The notes: generated by a model not told the origin, from the sequence alone. Counted from the first letter of the stretch, positions 1 to 16,156 are shown. The stretch: DNA of 64,000 nucleotides from Eledone cirrhosa (GCA_964016885.1 OZ024751.1:32550001-32614000), one strand, 5' to 3'. Made by a program: numbers and translations.

Positions 1-341
1 TTCGCCTCACAAAAGATTGGAAATCCAAGGGACTTCCAATGGAAAGATCGGCTTTTCCCTTACATAGAACATATAGTCCCATAGCAGGCAAATATATTGC
101 CTTCAGCCAGCTAGTGAAAGATGAGGTGGGGGCCGTAAACATGACCTACACGTGAACTGGTCGTTAATAGAAGCGGGAATATTATAGACGTGTTGTTTGC
201 CACACTACTAAAAATAGCAGCTAGATATACAACGGATGTTTTCTCTACACATGGGAGAATATACATAAAATGAGAACAATATCCCCACAGGTACTAATTA
301 CCCACGGAAATATATAGGGTGTCTATAATGCAGTTGTTGTT

Positions 342-408
<67 letters not shown>

Positions 409-1606
409 ATATAATAAAATATAATATATAATACACAAACATTAAAAGAATTAATATTTGAAGGATTCAGTATTTGGTAAATATTCCGTTATCCCCTTCC
501 CCCTTCAAAAAGCAGGAATTAACCAGAGACAAACAGAGAATGCATCAATGTTCTTGATAGACAAATAATCCCTGGAAAACTTGTTGCTTTATAAATTGGT
601 TCGATTTGACGAATATATATATATGTGGTTTAACTCTGGAGCAGAAGTAAAAATTGTTTTTATCTTACTGTTTAATCCCAGGTCAACTTTGATTGAGCAG
701 AGAAACTACAGCTGTAACAGTCTCCTGGTTTTATTTGGCAGGTATCATCTATCTAGTGCTACATTAATTAATGTAGTTTAAGTAATCACATTTCTTAAGA
801 CAGTAAGATTGTAATTTATGAGAGATTGTGCTGCTATTTCTAACATGTCCACTGGTCACGTATATGGCTCTCTTGTTGAGAAGAAAGTTGGGTGGAAATG
901 GGAAACACTTTAAACATGATGTATTTGTGTCAGAATTAACAGCGGCTTAAGAGAAGCTTAAATTGAGACTTGAAACAACTGTTTAGTGACGTTGACTCTC
1001 CTTCAAGCTTCGGTCTTGCTCAATCGCACAACAAACATCACATACATCATTCAGAATACATCTCACAACACACAGACTACAGATTATACACACAACACAC
1101 AACTAACATTTAACAACATATATTACTCTCTACACACACCACAGATCTCAACAACCGCAATGAAAATTGGTTTACATGATTTTTCATGTAAACCAATTTT
1201 CATTTCGTTTTTTTTTTCATCTTTTTAGTTTGGTTGTTGTTTTTGTTGTTGTAGTTGTTTAGCCCTAGGTCAGCCTTAAACGAGCAGACTAAGATTATAA
1301 GAGAACTCCATTCGTTATTTGTACTCCAGAGCAACATTATCCAATGTGTAATTTACAATGTTTTAAGAGAGCCAGCTAGGAGTAATGAAAGATTTAGCCG
1401 AGCGATCAAGTAGAGAATCCACCATTGTACTACAAACTTGAGAACACACAAAACAGTTTCTGTGTTAGTAGATGTATAGAAGGATGTTGTGAGTTAATGC
1501 ATTTCAAAGGAGATAAAATATAAGCAAAATATTAGAAATATACATTTTTTAAAAGGATATCTTGATACACATACATACACAGACATATATATACATGTAT
1601 ATATAT

Positions 1607-1660
<54 letters not shown>

Positions 1661-1666
1661 TTATAC

Positions 1667-1701
<35 letters not shown>

Positions 1702-1710
1702 CACTTATAC

Positions 1711-1865
<155 letters not shown>

Positions 1866-2557
1866 CACATAATTATAAATACATATATATATATATATAT
1901 TTGTATATAAAATTAGTAATTAAAGTTTTTGAAATTTAAAATAAAATTAAATGGTTTGGGTACTTACAGTTATTTTAAAATAAAATTTAAATAAAGTTTA
2001 AAACTATTTTGTATAGATGGTGATATATATGTATGATGTTGATATTGAGTAGTTGATGTTGGCTAAGTAACCACTCTGCCAAGCTGGTCTGCTACGATAG
2101 ATACTTAGAACTAAAGTCTAAGTTATAATTCTTTGGCCGTCTTTGAAAAATTGCCTCAAAATTATTGAGAGGTTAAAAATAGAATCTTATTAACAGATTT
2201 GTTTCCTCCAATAAGATTTGAGGAAATTATTGGGGTACTATCTCCGCTAATGGAAGTAAAACACCCTTAATCTTGTTCTATCTCTCTCTCTCTCTCTCTT
2301 TCTCTCTTTCTCTCTTCCTCAACCACCCTAATTCCTTCTACTCCTCTATTTCTTTCTTTCTTTCTTTATTTATTTATTTATTTCTAACTCGATCCCCCAC
2401 CCACTATTTCTTCATTACTTAACACCAAACAAAATCTGTCACCACCATACACCCTCTCTCTACCCCCTTCTCTCTTTCTCTCTCTCTACCTCTCACTATT
2501 ACTCTTTCATTATATCCTTCTGTCTCACATTTATTAGAAAACTGTCTTCTGTCCCAA

Positions 2558-3180
2558 TGTGTGTGTATATGTATGTGTACATGTAGGTGTGTACCTATGT
2601 GAACGCGTGTGTATATGTATGTGTACGTGTAGGGGTGTAGCTATGTGAATGCGTGTGTATGCGTATGTACGTGTAGGTGTGTACCTTCGTAGGCTCGTTT
2701 GTATGTGTAGGTGTGTACCTATGTGAGCGCTTTTGTATATGTGTGTGTATGTGTAGGTGTGTACATATGTGAATGCGTTTGTATATGTATGTGTACGTGT
2801 AGGTGTGTATCTGTGTGAGCCCGTCTGTATGTGTATGTACGTGTAGGTGTGTATCTGTGCGAGCCCGTGTGTATGTGTATGTACGTGTAGGTGTGTATCT
2901 GTGTGAGCGCTTTTGTATATGTGTGTATGTGTAGGTGTGTACCTATGTGAATGCGTTTGAATATGTATGTGTACGTGTAGGTGTGTGTTTGTGTGAGCCC
3001 GTCTGTATGTGTATGTGTATGTGTATGTGTAAATATGTGTAAGCGCGTCTGTATGTGTATGTGTATGCGTATGTGTATGTGTATGTGTATGTGTAGGTGT
3101 AAATATGTGTGAGCCCGTCTGTATGTGTATGTGTATGTGTAAATATGTGTAAGCGCGTCTGTATATGCATGTATCTATCT
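2558..3180. repeat. TG-rich degenerate minisatellite (about 40-bp units such as tatgtgtacgtgtaggtgtgtacctatgtgaatgcg)
   Basis: Repeated gtgtaggtgtgtacctatgtga / gagcccgtctgtatgtg motifs. Confidence 0.8.
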
Positions 3181-3319
3181 GTATATGTTAATATATATGG
3201 TGTGTGTTCGCTCGTTTCTACCTGTCAATGTACGCTGGTCTGTCTGTGTGGGTGTGTCTTGTTGTTTTTGCACGTGTATGCATGTATCCATCTAGGACTA
3301 TGTGAATTACACTGCTTAG

Positions 3320-3385
<66 letters not shown>

Positions 3386-4008
3386 TTGTGTTTATATATG
3401 TGTGTTGATAGGTGTGTATGTGTGTATGTGTGTATGTGTGTGTATTTAAGTTAATATATGTGTGTGTGTGACTATTTAAGTTAATATATATGTGTGTGTT
3501 GATAGATGTGAGTGTATATGTGTGTGTATGTGTGTGTGTGTGAGTAGTTAAGTTAATATATATATATGTGTGAGCTGATAGGTGTGTGCATATGTGTGTG
3601 TGAGTATTTAAGTTATTTGAGATATGTAGGCAGGCCAGGATGGTTGAGGTGTGAGGCTGGCATAGTACAACGGTGAGGGCGAGGAAGGAGAGACTTATTT
3701 TACTTTCATTTATTTTCTCTGTTTAAGAATTATTTTAAAACTAAAAACACAACATACGCAATAAAACGAACTAGAAATAAAATTTGAAAAAGGATGGAAC
3801 GGAAAATAGGCGTGTGTATATACACATGCCTGTGTGTATATATGTATACCTGTGTGTATATATAACTGTGTGTATGTATAATGGAGTGTATATTTAACAG
3901 TGTGTATATATAACTGTGTGTATGTATAATGGTGTGTATATTTAACAGTGTGTATGTATAACTGAGTGCATGTATACACATATTACAATTTGAAGGTAAA
4001 AATATAAG

Positions 4009-4045
<37 letters not shown>

Positions 4046-4167
4046 CATACATACATATACACACACATATATATATATTTCATACCTATAACTATATATC
4101 TCTTCATATATACAACAATATATTTATCTATCTATCAATCTAACTATCTATCTATCTATCTATCTAA

Positions 4168-4254
<87 letters not shown>

Positions 4255-4493
4255 GACAACACATACATGTTTGTGTGTGTATATGTATGGGCCTCTGAAA
4301 TATTTCATTTCATCCTTGTATTTTACATAAAACAGTCATCCCTTATCTAATATTCGTCTGTGACTTTTACGTTTGTATTTTGACTAAAAGATATTGATAA
4401 AGCACAAAGGTTTAATATGATTGACTTGATGATGTTGCACTAACATGGCCGAAATCTAATGACTGGAGGAAAAAAGAAAGAATATAAATGTAC

Positions 4494-4533
<40 letters not shown>

Positions 4534-4537
<4 letters not shown>

Positions 4538-4586
4538 TTCCTGATGATTTCTAATGAATGAAACAGTTCTAGTCCTGTAGAATCTC
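4534..4586 (+). ncRNA. Type I hammerhead ribozyme (family B)
   Basis: GAGAUUC-CUGAUGA-U UUC UAAU GAA U-GAAA-CAG UUCUAGUC CUG-UA-GAAUCUC: 7-bp stem I, intact core, predicted cut after GUA at 4579. Confidence 0.88.
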
Positions 4587-4667
4587 TTCTATATTAAAAC
4601 TATTATACTCTGCTATGTATTGAGTACCTTACTTACTGTGGTTACCTCCGATTCAACCCGGAATAAC

Positions 4668-4668
<1 letters not shown>
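4534..4668 (+). mobile_element. Family B short PLE-like/retrozyme remnant flanked by (TA)n
   Basis: Near-identical copies at 9690-9817 and 28165-28277, diverged copy at 27910-28056; the three close copies end at ...cccggaataacg followed by (TA)n. Confidence 0.8.
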
Positions 4669-4702
<34 letters not shown>

Positions 4703-4704
4703 TG

Positions 4705-4753
<49 letters not shown>

Positions 4754-4755
<2 letters not shown>

Positions 4756-4914
4756 TAATAATAATAAATTTCAAGACTAAAATCCAAAGAGGGCTCGATA
4801 AGGATAAATATATATCAAATATATAAGAGAACCGTAGAGCAAATATTTATTAAAATAACAGATTAAAGTTTAAGCAAAGAATCGCTGCTTTCACCCTTAA
4901 CGGGATCTTCTGAA
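4754..4914 (-). mobile_element. Family A element 3' end, truncated within HHR stem I
   Basis: Matches 56167-56326, 62358-62495 and 63645-63803; bounded by (TA)n. Confidence 0.8.
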
Positions 4915-4941
4915 TATATATATGTGTGTGTGTGTGTGTAT

Positions 4942-5008
4942 AGGCGGTGCCTCAGCATAGCCTCAGCCGGATGGCTGGAACAGGTAAAAGAGTAAAAGAG
5001 TATACGTA
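4942..5008 (+). mobile_element. SINE 3' tail fragment (ggcggtgc...gtaaaagagtaaaagagta)
   Basis: Related fragments at about 6045-6098 (minus) and 35105-35145; resembles octopod SINE tails as recalled. Confidence 0.55.
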
Positions 5009-5213
5009 TTATATATATATATATTTATATATACATGTATATATATATATATATACAGATACACATACACATATATATTCGCATAAACATATATATCAGG
5101 TAATGTGATAATGTGTAATTTACGGAAACAACTTTTCTCTCGATCACACTTACAGAAACATACCAACACACACAGACAAATAGCAACACATACACACACA
5201 CACTCTTTGTCTT

Positions 5214-5244
<31 letters not shown>

Positions 5245-5259
5245 CCCACTTTCTCTCTA

Positions 5260-5427
<168 letters not shown>

Positions 5428-5520
5428 ATATAGAAATAGATAGATAGATAGATATAATATATATATTATACGTATATAAAATATATTTATGTAATGTATC
5501 CCTATTCAATATATATATAT

Positions 5521-5570
<50 letters not shown>

Positions 5571-6101
5571 ATTTGTCTCTCTCTGTATTTGAGTGTGAGT
5601 GTGTGTGTGTGTCCATGTTGTACACATTCGTTCACACACACTTTTATACCTAACTCATAACATTGGCGCCAAGTAGCGAAGACGTAAGGTAACCATACGG
5701 TAGCCATAATTAGTTCATTGTTCCTCTTCCCTGTATTTGGAATATAGCAACATAAGGAAGTACCATTACTTGAAAGACTATAACTAGAGCATTGTTGTTC
5801 GCTCTAGTTATGTAGCTCATTCATACGTAGCCTAGAAGAACGAGTAAAGGTGTTGCATAAGAATGTATAAAAGAAGTTATATATATATATATATATATAT
5901 ATACAAACGTACACATACACACACGCACCCCCACCTCATATATATATATATATGAAGGAATTTTTTCACATTATTCTTCACTGAGGTGTAACTGATATGT
6001 CGTTGTGATAAATTGTACCTTGCATACTCTCAATGAATACATTCTTTTCTTTTCCTGGTTTCATTCGTTAGGCACCGACTATGCTGGAGCTACCGACTTA
6101 T

Positions 6102-6285
6102 AATAATTGTTTCTACTTTAGGCACAAGGCCAGCAATTACCCAGTGCATTACTGGTACTTTATTTTATCGACCCCATAAGGATGAAAGGCAAAGTCAACC
6201 TCGGCGGGATTTGAACTCAGATCGTAAAGGGACGTAACTATGCTGGAAAGCATGGCGTCCGCCCCTCTACCGATACTGCCAATCC
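6102..6285 (-). mobile_element. tRNA-derived SINE
   Basis: Minus strand has an A box (tggcagtatcggt), a B box (gagttcaaatcc) and the conserved core ctttgcctttcatcc...ggggtcgataaaataaagtaccag; homologous to 42891-43078. Confidence 0.85.
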
Positions 6286-7239
6286 ATATAATAATGATCC
6301 CTAACCTATATATTCAGATTTTATTTGTTTCCCTCCATGTAGCTACATGATAAAATCATGAGGAGGGGCAGTGCCCATGCCATTTTGAAGAGTCAGGTGA
6401 TGGGTAGGAAGAAAAGACAGCTATTCTCAAACCAGATACCCATCCTGAATGCTTGCAACATGTTGGAGTCAGCTAAAGGCGCTCAAGAATTAGGCAGGGG
6501 TTATTGAACCGGGTGTTGGATTAAATGACGCACCCAAATAAGTCGCAGAGGACTTTGGACTGAGAAAGCCTAAAATAATCCTGAAGGATGAAAGGTAAAG
6601 TCGACATTATGGGGGGTGTGAACTGGTAAAGCAAGAAGCTGGAACAAATACCGCAAGGTTTTTGTTTTCCCCAAGAAGTGTTTCGTTGCTTCTCTTTTAA
6701 CCTTCTCTATATCTAGAGAAGCTCCTTATCCCCGTCACACGAGCCTTCTCACAAAGAATGATGCAGAGAGAGAGAGAGAGGGGGGAGAGAGAGAGGGGGG
6801 AGAGAGAGAGAGAGAGAGAGAGAGAGTTCGGAAGAATAACACTATTTTACAGAGAAGAGACAAGTTAATTTAAACACATTTATAGTGTTTTGAAATAAAC
6901 AGCCGTTGTTATTTTTTAAATGATAGAGGTGAGTTATTTTTAATATGATAGAGGTGAGTTTCAGAGATTGTTTGGTCACTCATTCTATCTGTTGACCTGT
7001 CACGGTGAGACTACACCCATCGGTTATTTCTATTTAGAAATCTTATCTTAACCCGATTACTACAAATACTGCATTCATACGATAAACGACTTCGTGTCGG
7101 GACAGCAAGAAAGTGTTCGCTCGGCTCTGCTGTATATAGCAACCAAACTACTTGAAACCCCACCCCAGTCGGGTGAACGATATTTAAGATAATATAATTC
7201 TATATATTCATTTATTAATTTAATCAATTTAAACGTCCG

Positions 7240-7744
7240 CAGAGAGCTAGAAAAGCATGATAGACTAGGAGAGGTGTCTAGTACAGAGCTAGAAAGCCAT
7301 GAGAGACTAGGGGAGGTATCTAGTACAGTTAGAAAGCCTTGAGAGACTAGGGGAGGTATCTAGTACAGAGCTAGGAAGCCTTGAGAGACTAGGGGAGGTA
7401 TCTAGTACAGAGCTAGGAAGCCTTGAGAGACTAGGGGAGGTATCTAGTACAGAGCTAGAAAGCCTTGAGAGACTAGGGGAGGTATCTAGTACAGAGCTAG
7501 GAAGCCTTGAGAGACTAGGGGAGGTATCTAGTACAGAGCTAGGAAGCCTTGAGAGACTAGGAGAGGTGTCTAGTACAGAGCTAGAAAGCCATGAGAGACT
7601 AGGGGAGGTATCTAGTACAGGGCTAGAAAGCCTTGAGAGACTAGGGGAGGTATCTAGTACAGAGCTAGGAAGCCTTGAGAGACTAGGGGAGGTATCTAGT
7701 ACAGAGCTAGAAAGCCTTGAGAGACTAGGGGAGGTATCTAGTAC
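7240..7744. repeat. 42-bp tandem minisatellite, about 12 copies
   Basis: Unit gagagactaggggaggtatctagtacagagctag(a/g)aagcctt; gives the 14-aa periodicity in ORF 7566-7757. Confidence 0.95.
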
Positions 7745-9515
7745 CTCTAACAGTTAAGAAACGAAACGAGATGAAAACATTCGCTAAGGTAAATGAAACA
7801 AGATAAAGAAAAAAATAGAAAATAAATGAAACTGTAAACCAGCTAAAAGGTTCTGATGTTGAATACTTTCTACATATAATATATCCGAAAGAAAAACACA
7901 ACTGTATGGGTCGACCTCCTTTAATTAGTACAGAAATTGAGTTAGGAATAGAATGGATTTCCACCAGTTTCAACGATGAGTGTTCCAGTCGTTTGATTAA
8001 CAGATGAGACTGCTCAGGAAATTAACCTGCAAGTAGCTGAGCATTTCACTGACACGTGAGACGTGTACACATAATGTAATTCTAGGGAAGATTCAATTCA
8101 ACGTAGCACAGTGTATGATATGGCCGTACCTTTGACCTACAGGCACAGTAGATCTTATGGGCTTCCAAACAGTTCCATTTAGCTAATGTCATTCTCAAGT
8201 CTTGGGGTTCACCCCACGACTATGGTAGGTGACACTTATGCCAAGTACTGAGACTTTAACACGATTGCTCAACCATTGGGTCATGCTACGTCCATAAACT
8301 AAGATTAAACAACAATTACATGAGTTACATCATCATCATCATTATAAATAACAATAACAACAACAGCAACAAAAGCGACAACAACGAAGGTTTTGAACAC
8401 AGTTGTGACCAGCTGAAGCATTTGCTGTTATTTCGGATCTTAAAGAAATTATATTTTCTATGGATCCAGATTATTTAGCACACTATACTTGCACATACAC
8501 TCACACAAATATACATATGTGCGTATATATGATATATATGTACGAACACACACAGACGAACATATATACTTATACGTATATACATGATATAAATTTACAT
8601 ATAGCGACAGACAGACCTATATATACATATATGTATATGCATGATACACATGTACAGACACACACATATATATCTTTGTGCGCGTGTTTACATGTATATA
8701 TGAGTGCACGTATCGTTGGTTAAAAACAAGAGATGGTGTGTCAAGATAAGTACATAGATAGTGTAGTTATAAATAATCCTGAATTGACAACAGTAATGTT
8801 AAGAGAGTTAAAGGAGTATATTAGGGTGGGTCGTGGATGGGTTGTGAGTGGGTTGTGGGTAGATTGTAGGTGGGTGGGTTCAAGGCATAAAGAGACAAAT
8901 ACAGAAATTAAATGAGCAAAACATTTTCCCTCTCTCTTTCTCTTGGTACCAATATCTCTCTCGCGTTTGGTCACTCTCTATATAGATGAGTAAGTATGTA
9001 TTTTTGTGAGTGTGTTTCTGTGTGTGTGTGTGTCTATATATATATGTGTGTGTGTGTGTGTATGTATATATATGTATGTGTGTGTATATGTGTGTGTGTA
9101 TATGTGTGTATGTATATATATGTATGTGTGTGTATATGTGTATATGTGTATATGTGAGGATTTTCTACATTCTGATTGTTAGTTTATGTAATTGTATAAA
9201 AATATAAGAGCTCTCAATACATTGCTTGTGGTGGAAGTATACCGAGTTAGCAAGTGCCTATATATATATATATATTTATATGCATGCACCCCCCCCCCCC
9301 ATACATATATATATATATATATATATATGTGCGAGTGGTGTGTATCTGTAAAGTAAGGAAGAGAATGCCAGAAGATAGTATAGATCTCAAATTCCAGTCT
9401 AGCATCAAAGATGGTTTTCTATGTATTTAGTGATGTTAACTGAGGGAAAAGATGTTAGCGTTAGTGGGAAATCCTTTGGGAAAATAGGCCTCATATATTA
9501 TATACATATATATAC

Positions 9516-9849
<334 letters not shown>

Positions 9850-10019
9850 TATTTATTTATATATATGTGTGTGTGTTTGTGTGAATGTGTTTATGTATAT
9901 ATGTATATCTATATCTATTAACATCTACTTTGCTGGCTTTCTGTCAATTTGTCTTACACAGTGTGAGCAGCGACGTGTGCAGCACGCGCGTGTGTATGCG
10001 TGGGTATATATATATATAA

Positions 10020-10114
<95 letters not shown>

Positions 10115-10209
10115 GGGATGTCATGCGTACTTTCTGCCGTGTTGCCTTAATATGATATTCATACGAGTATCACTGTAGCGTTTATGAGGCTTTCTGGAGT
10201 ATTATGATT

Positions 10210-11092
10210 AACATGTGACAGTTTGTATCATGTGATGTGGTGTAACATTTGACGTGTATATATCATGTGATGTGGTGTATCATACAGTGTGGTTTATCAA
10301 GTGGTGTACCATGTGACGTCGTGTATCATGTGACGTGGTGTAATATGTGACGTGGTATATGATGTGACGTGGTGAAACATATGACGTCATGTATCATGTG
10401 ACACGGTGTAATATGTGACGTCGTTTATCATGGGACGACGTGTATCATGTGAGGTAGTGTAACATGTGATGTCATGTATCATGTGACGCAGTGCGTCATG
10501 GGATGTCACGTATCATGTGACGTGGTGTATCATGTGACATCGCGTTTCATGTGATGTGGTGTATCATGTGACATTGTGTAACATGTGACGTGGTGTATCA
10601 TGTAACATCGCGTAACATGTGACGTGGTGTATCATGTGACATCGCGTAACATGTGACGTGGTGTATCATGTGACATCGTGTAACATGTGACGTCGTGTAT
10701 CATGTGACGTCGTGTAACATGTGACGTGGTATATTATGTGGTGACGCCGTGTTACATGTGGCGTGGTATATAAATTTATCTGGTGTAATATGTGACGCAG
10801 TGTAATGTTTGACGTGGTGTAACATGCGACGTCGTATATCATATGGTGTCGTGTATCATGTGACATGGTGTAACGTGTGACGTCGTGTAACATCATCGTG
10901 GTAAATCATCTGACGTCGTGTAACATGTGTAATGGTGCAACATGTGACGTCGTGTAACATGTGACGTGGTATATCATCTGACGTCGTGTAACATGTGATA
11001 TGGTGTAACATGTGACGTCGTGTAACATGTGGCGTGGTAAATCATCTGACGTCGTGTAACATGTGATATGGTGTAACATGTGACGTCGTGTA
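10210..11092. repeat. About 17-bp CpG-rich satellite (catgtgacgtcgtgtaa)
   Basis: Dozens of degenerate tandem units. Confidence 0.92.
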
Positions 11093-11151
11093 TCCAGAAA
11101 GATGGATGATGTAATGTAGATATATATGTACATGTATATATATATATGTAT

Positions 11152-11202
<51 letters not shown>

Positions 11203-11246
11203 CATATATATATACATATACATATATATATATACATATATGTATA

Positions 11247-11313
<67 letters not shown>

Positions 11314-11320
<7 letters not shown>

Positions 11321-11468
11321 ATCAAAAGATGGTTAAAGGAGTTCCATGTATTTTAACCATCTTTTGATCTTATATATTATGTATACTCCAGTCCTACAAA
11401 CTGTAGAGTGCTTCTTATCCGATATCTGCATTGCTTTATTGTACTACAATAAAACTCACCTCCTACAT
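11314..11468 (+). mobile_element. Short fold-back element with unique tail, (TA)n flanked
   Basis: aagatcaaaagatggttaaa / tttaaccatcttttgatctt inverted arms, then an unpaired tail of about 90 bp. Confidence 0.6.
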
Positions 11469-11797
11469 TATATATATATATATGTGTGTATGTATATATA
11501 TATTTTTTTTTTTGAAAGACACCTGTCAATTTTGGTGTCGATTGTTTGTTTTGTTATCGTCTCACATGCACCTTACCAGTAGAGCCGTTCTCCAATCTGT
11601 TGTGTAAACAGAAATTATAATTTCACTTTAATGAGCAAAATTGCACACCATCAAAGTGGCTGACGAGGAGCAGATGCAGCAGTCTGTTCGTTTTATATAG
11701 CTACTTTTTGTGCGCGTTTTCTTTCGAGACTCTCTCGGTGTAACTCTTTCTCTCTCTTTCTCTCCCTCTTTCTCCTCTTTCTCTCTATACATATATA

Positions 11798-11842
<45 letters not shown>

Positions 11843-13672
11843 TATATGTGTGTGTTTGTGTGTGTGTGTGTGTGTCTATATGTGTGTGTTTGTGTGTGTG
11901 TTTGTGTGTGTGTGTGCGTGGGCGTGTGCGTGTGCGTGTGTGTGTGCTGTATTATATGAATTAAAATAACTTAATACATATGTCAATTCGTTACTCGGAG
12001 TTTCTTCCAAATTGTTACATAATGTGTTGGAAAGAGATATCTGTCTGTTTAAGCATTTCTACACTGCATAGACTCAGATAGGGAGAGAAACACACACATT
12101 CTAGATTACTTGGTATTTAAAAACAAAATATTTATTTTAGTAATCTAGAGATATTGAAAGATTCTTTCGTGTTTAGAAGAAACAAAAGTTATACCCCATC
12201 CTCTTTCGTGTGTTCTATTGTTTTCTTATCATGGTCTTTCAGTTCCATTGTTTAGAATGAGTTAATATTGGATGCGGTAAAAGACAGATACTTCTGTTAA
12301 CACGATGAGGCCAAACCCTCATATGGGATCCTATTTTCGGCAGTTTAAACAATTATTTTGTTATAAATATAATCTATTTACATATATATAGATGTATAGA
12401 TGCAGACACACACACACGCATACATACATATATAGACAGACACACAGAGACACATACATACACACATACACACACACAAACACACGCATACATACATATA
12501 GACAGACACACAGAGACACATACACACATACACACATACACACAAACACACGCATACATACATATAGACAGACACACAGAGATACATACACACATACACA
12601 CGCATACATACATATAGACAAACACACAGAGACAGATACACACATACACACACAAACACACGCATACATACATATAGACAGACACACAGAGATACATACA
12701 CACACACACACACACATACACACATACACACATACAGACATATACACAGACACACATACACACACACATGTACGCATACAGATATAGGGACATACATACA
12801 CACACTCAGGCACACACATATATATGTATTCATGTATCTATATATGAATTATATGTTTATGTATGTGATGTAATCTGTATGTGTTTAATTTCATGTACTT
12901 TATGTGTGAATTATCCTCCCCCCCTCTCTCTCCCTTTACATATATATATATATATATATATAAATTACATGAATCAAAGTTCTGTTTAAACCATTTATTC
13001 GCTTACAATTGTTTCTTCCAAACCGAGGTTTGGAGTCTTCGGAGCAATTTTTCAATGATTGTTTACATACATGACCCCCTTTTCAACACAAGAGACATAC
13101 AGGAACATATGTATATATTGATGCACAGTGGGTTGACATCCATTATAATATTTAGCATGGCAATTTACATTCAAAGATTAAAGTCATATCAAAGAACAAA
13201 ATTAAAGTTAAAATACAACATTGGCAGTTTACGAAGATAAAGCAATAGTTTGAAGTAGTTAGTGTATGCAATAGTTACACATGGGGCATGCACGTGTGTC
13301 TTGTTTATATAGGATTATAGTGCGGCAGGGTGTTATATGTAATACAAGCACTTTAAGCGGGCAATCAAGAGTATTATGGGGGTTGTATTGGTAAAGTATT
13401 TTTTTATATGTATGATATAGAAGCTTGTGTGTAAAGAAATATTAAAAATAATAAAATGTTCTATATAACTGCTCTGTAGAACAACTGATGTTATTACATT
13501 GAGCTATTTATCTTACTGGTAATAAGGTAGTAATAAATTACTGTCTTTCACTATTTAGGGTTTAAAATATATATAACTATAAAAGGTTTTAGTATATAAA
13601 TAACCATAAATAGTATCCTTAATACTATATATATATATATATATTAGTTACCGACGTAATTGTTCAAAGATT

Positions 13673-13728
<56 letters not shown>

Positions 13729-13886
13729 TTAGTGTACCGAGCCCTGCGTTGCGTTACGTATATATATACATATGGAAATAATTATACAAGGGAGCACGTA
13801 TGTTTGCTTTCATTTTTCTCCCTTTTTTTTCATATTTCGTGTTCACCCATGCAACGTTTTCCATATGTACACACACTCATATATAT

Positions 13887-14059
<173 letters not shown>

Positions 14060-14110
14060 GTACATATATATATATATATATGCATATATATATACCTATA
14101 TATATATATA

Positions 14111-14258
<148 letters not shown>

Positions 14259-14639
14259 TATATATATACCTATATATATATATATATATATATACATACA
14301 GGATAACTCTCCAATGAAAATATGTAAACTGAAGCACTAAGTTAGATGATTTTCCACAGAAATACTATTGAAAATTACGGTCATTTTGATATACTATTCG
14401 TTGCTGCTGTTTTTATTGTTGTGCAAGCCCATAAGATATAATCAAAAGCATTCTTGCTTTGATGCAGATGTCTTAGTGTATTTAGGTGTATATTACATAA
14501 TGTCTTTATTGTTAATGTGAATTGAGGGATATTGGTTACTATTTCTCCTTGGCTCTGGTGTTTGTGTTTTCTTAACCTCAAGTTACATGAAAGGGACATT
14601 GTCTTGTTGGTTCTGTAACATGTAGCATAGATTTCCAAA

Positions 14640-14945
14640 GAAACAAAGTCTAAATGTTTGTTAAACATGCACCAGGATGTACCATATACAAAGTGAATCT
14701 TGTCGTAAACATATACTGTGATGTACTATATAAGGAAAAATACAGCCAAAAAAATTCTAGCTTGTAGATATATAATATGTGCTACCATTGTAGTTAAAGA
14801 GTTTAGCTACTCGTATATAAAAAGTCAGAGCTTTCCTAGTTGTAAATATTTAGCATTAAATCGAATAGTCCCCACCCCAAGTTATAAATATGCCACCATA
14901 TGAAGTTACACTGAAACCATCTCATTGTATGAAGAGGAGTTATTT
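14640..14945 (+). pseudogene. Possible highly decayed GIY-YIG endonuclease segment of a Penelope-like element
   Basis: Frameshifted translations give C..TIYKVN...YYIRKNT...RY...SF, loosely resembling the PLE 'IY...YIG.T...RY' pattern. Confidence 0.25.
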
Positions 14946-15186
14946 CTGGAGTTGCTGTGTTTTGTTAGATTGCAAGACTAAGTTGACATAATAACATAAC
15001 TATTTTATTGAAGGAAAGAAACCAGCATGAGATGGACTTAAAGTATATCAAAGAAAAGAACTCTCCCGTGTCCCACAATACTTAATATTACCACATCATA
15101 TATATATCTGTGTGTGTGTATATATATATATGTATGTATATAATATATAAATACGTATCTTTATATACATATATATATAATATCTG

Positions 15187-15238
<52 letters not shown>

Positions 15239-16053
15239 GACGTTTGTGAGTGTGTATATATCACAAATCTGATACATTTCTATATATGGTATTATGCGTT
15301 TACTACTGACTAGTATTAGCTAACAGAAGGAGAGGTGTCACCGCGGTCGTAATTTGAAAAAGCCTAAGCTTTAGTTGAAGTCAACTTAACCAACGTGAAA
15401 AAACAAAACAGACCTTCTATTAACTGACGAATGTATTTTAGACTGAACCGTTATGAATAAAATAGAATATATTTAATCTTACACGCATCTTTTGGCCTTT
15501 CAACCATTTTATTTTCTTATATATATATATGTTTGTGTGTGTGTGTGGGGGGGGGGGGGGGGGTGAACCACAGATTCTTAAATACGTCGCTATCTAGAAT
15601 TTCTCGCCACGATTAGTTGATCAGGCAACAATATAATATTTCGTCTTATTCTCGCACGCAGCGAGAGACTCGGAGGAGCCACTATGTGTAAATGTTTGTC
15701 TCAAAATGAACTCTACTGCATGTATATGAGCGTCACCTCATATTTGTAACCCAAAACTGATTGGAAAGTAGGAAGAAAAGACCCAAGGAATTTAGGAATA
15801 AAATAAGGAAGGAAGTTATGCTCACACCAAAGTCTTGGGCCGAATGTCTGCAAGCGAGTAAACTTCGTTAAAGACACCAAACGTTGGTGATAAAAGTTAT
15901 GGTGGTGTTAAACCGAGTGTCAATAACTAATAAAGATACTGTAACAATGTCTAGGTTTGTCTTTAAGAAAAGAGGATGACATCTCGTCAAGACTTTCCAT
16001 GAGTTCAAATAAAATCTTTCTACATGGTGTGTGAAAAGAAATGCCCTATTTAT

Positions 16054-16156
<103 letters not shown>

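Noticed and set aside
7240-7744. Regular 42-bp array as a possible CRISPR array or coding repeat
   Set aside because: No unique spacers, eukaryotic context; a plain minisatellite
11655-11705. CUGACGA followed by a hairpin
   Set aside because: GUUU replaces GAAA, so there is no hammerhead core
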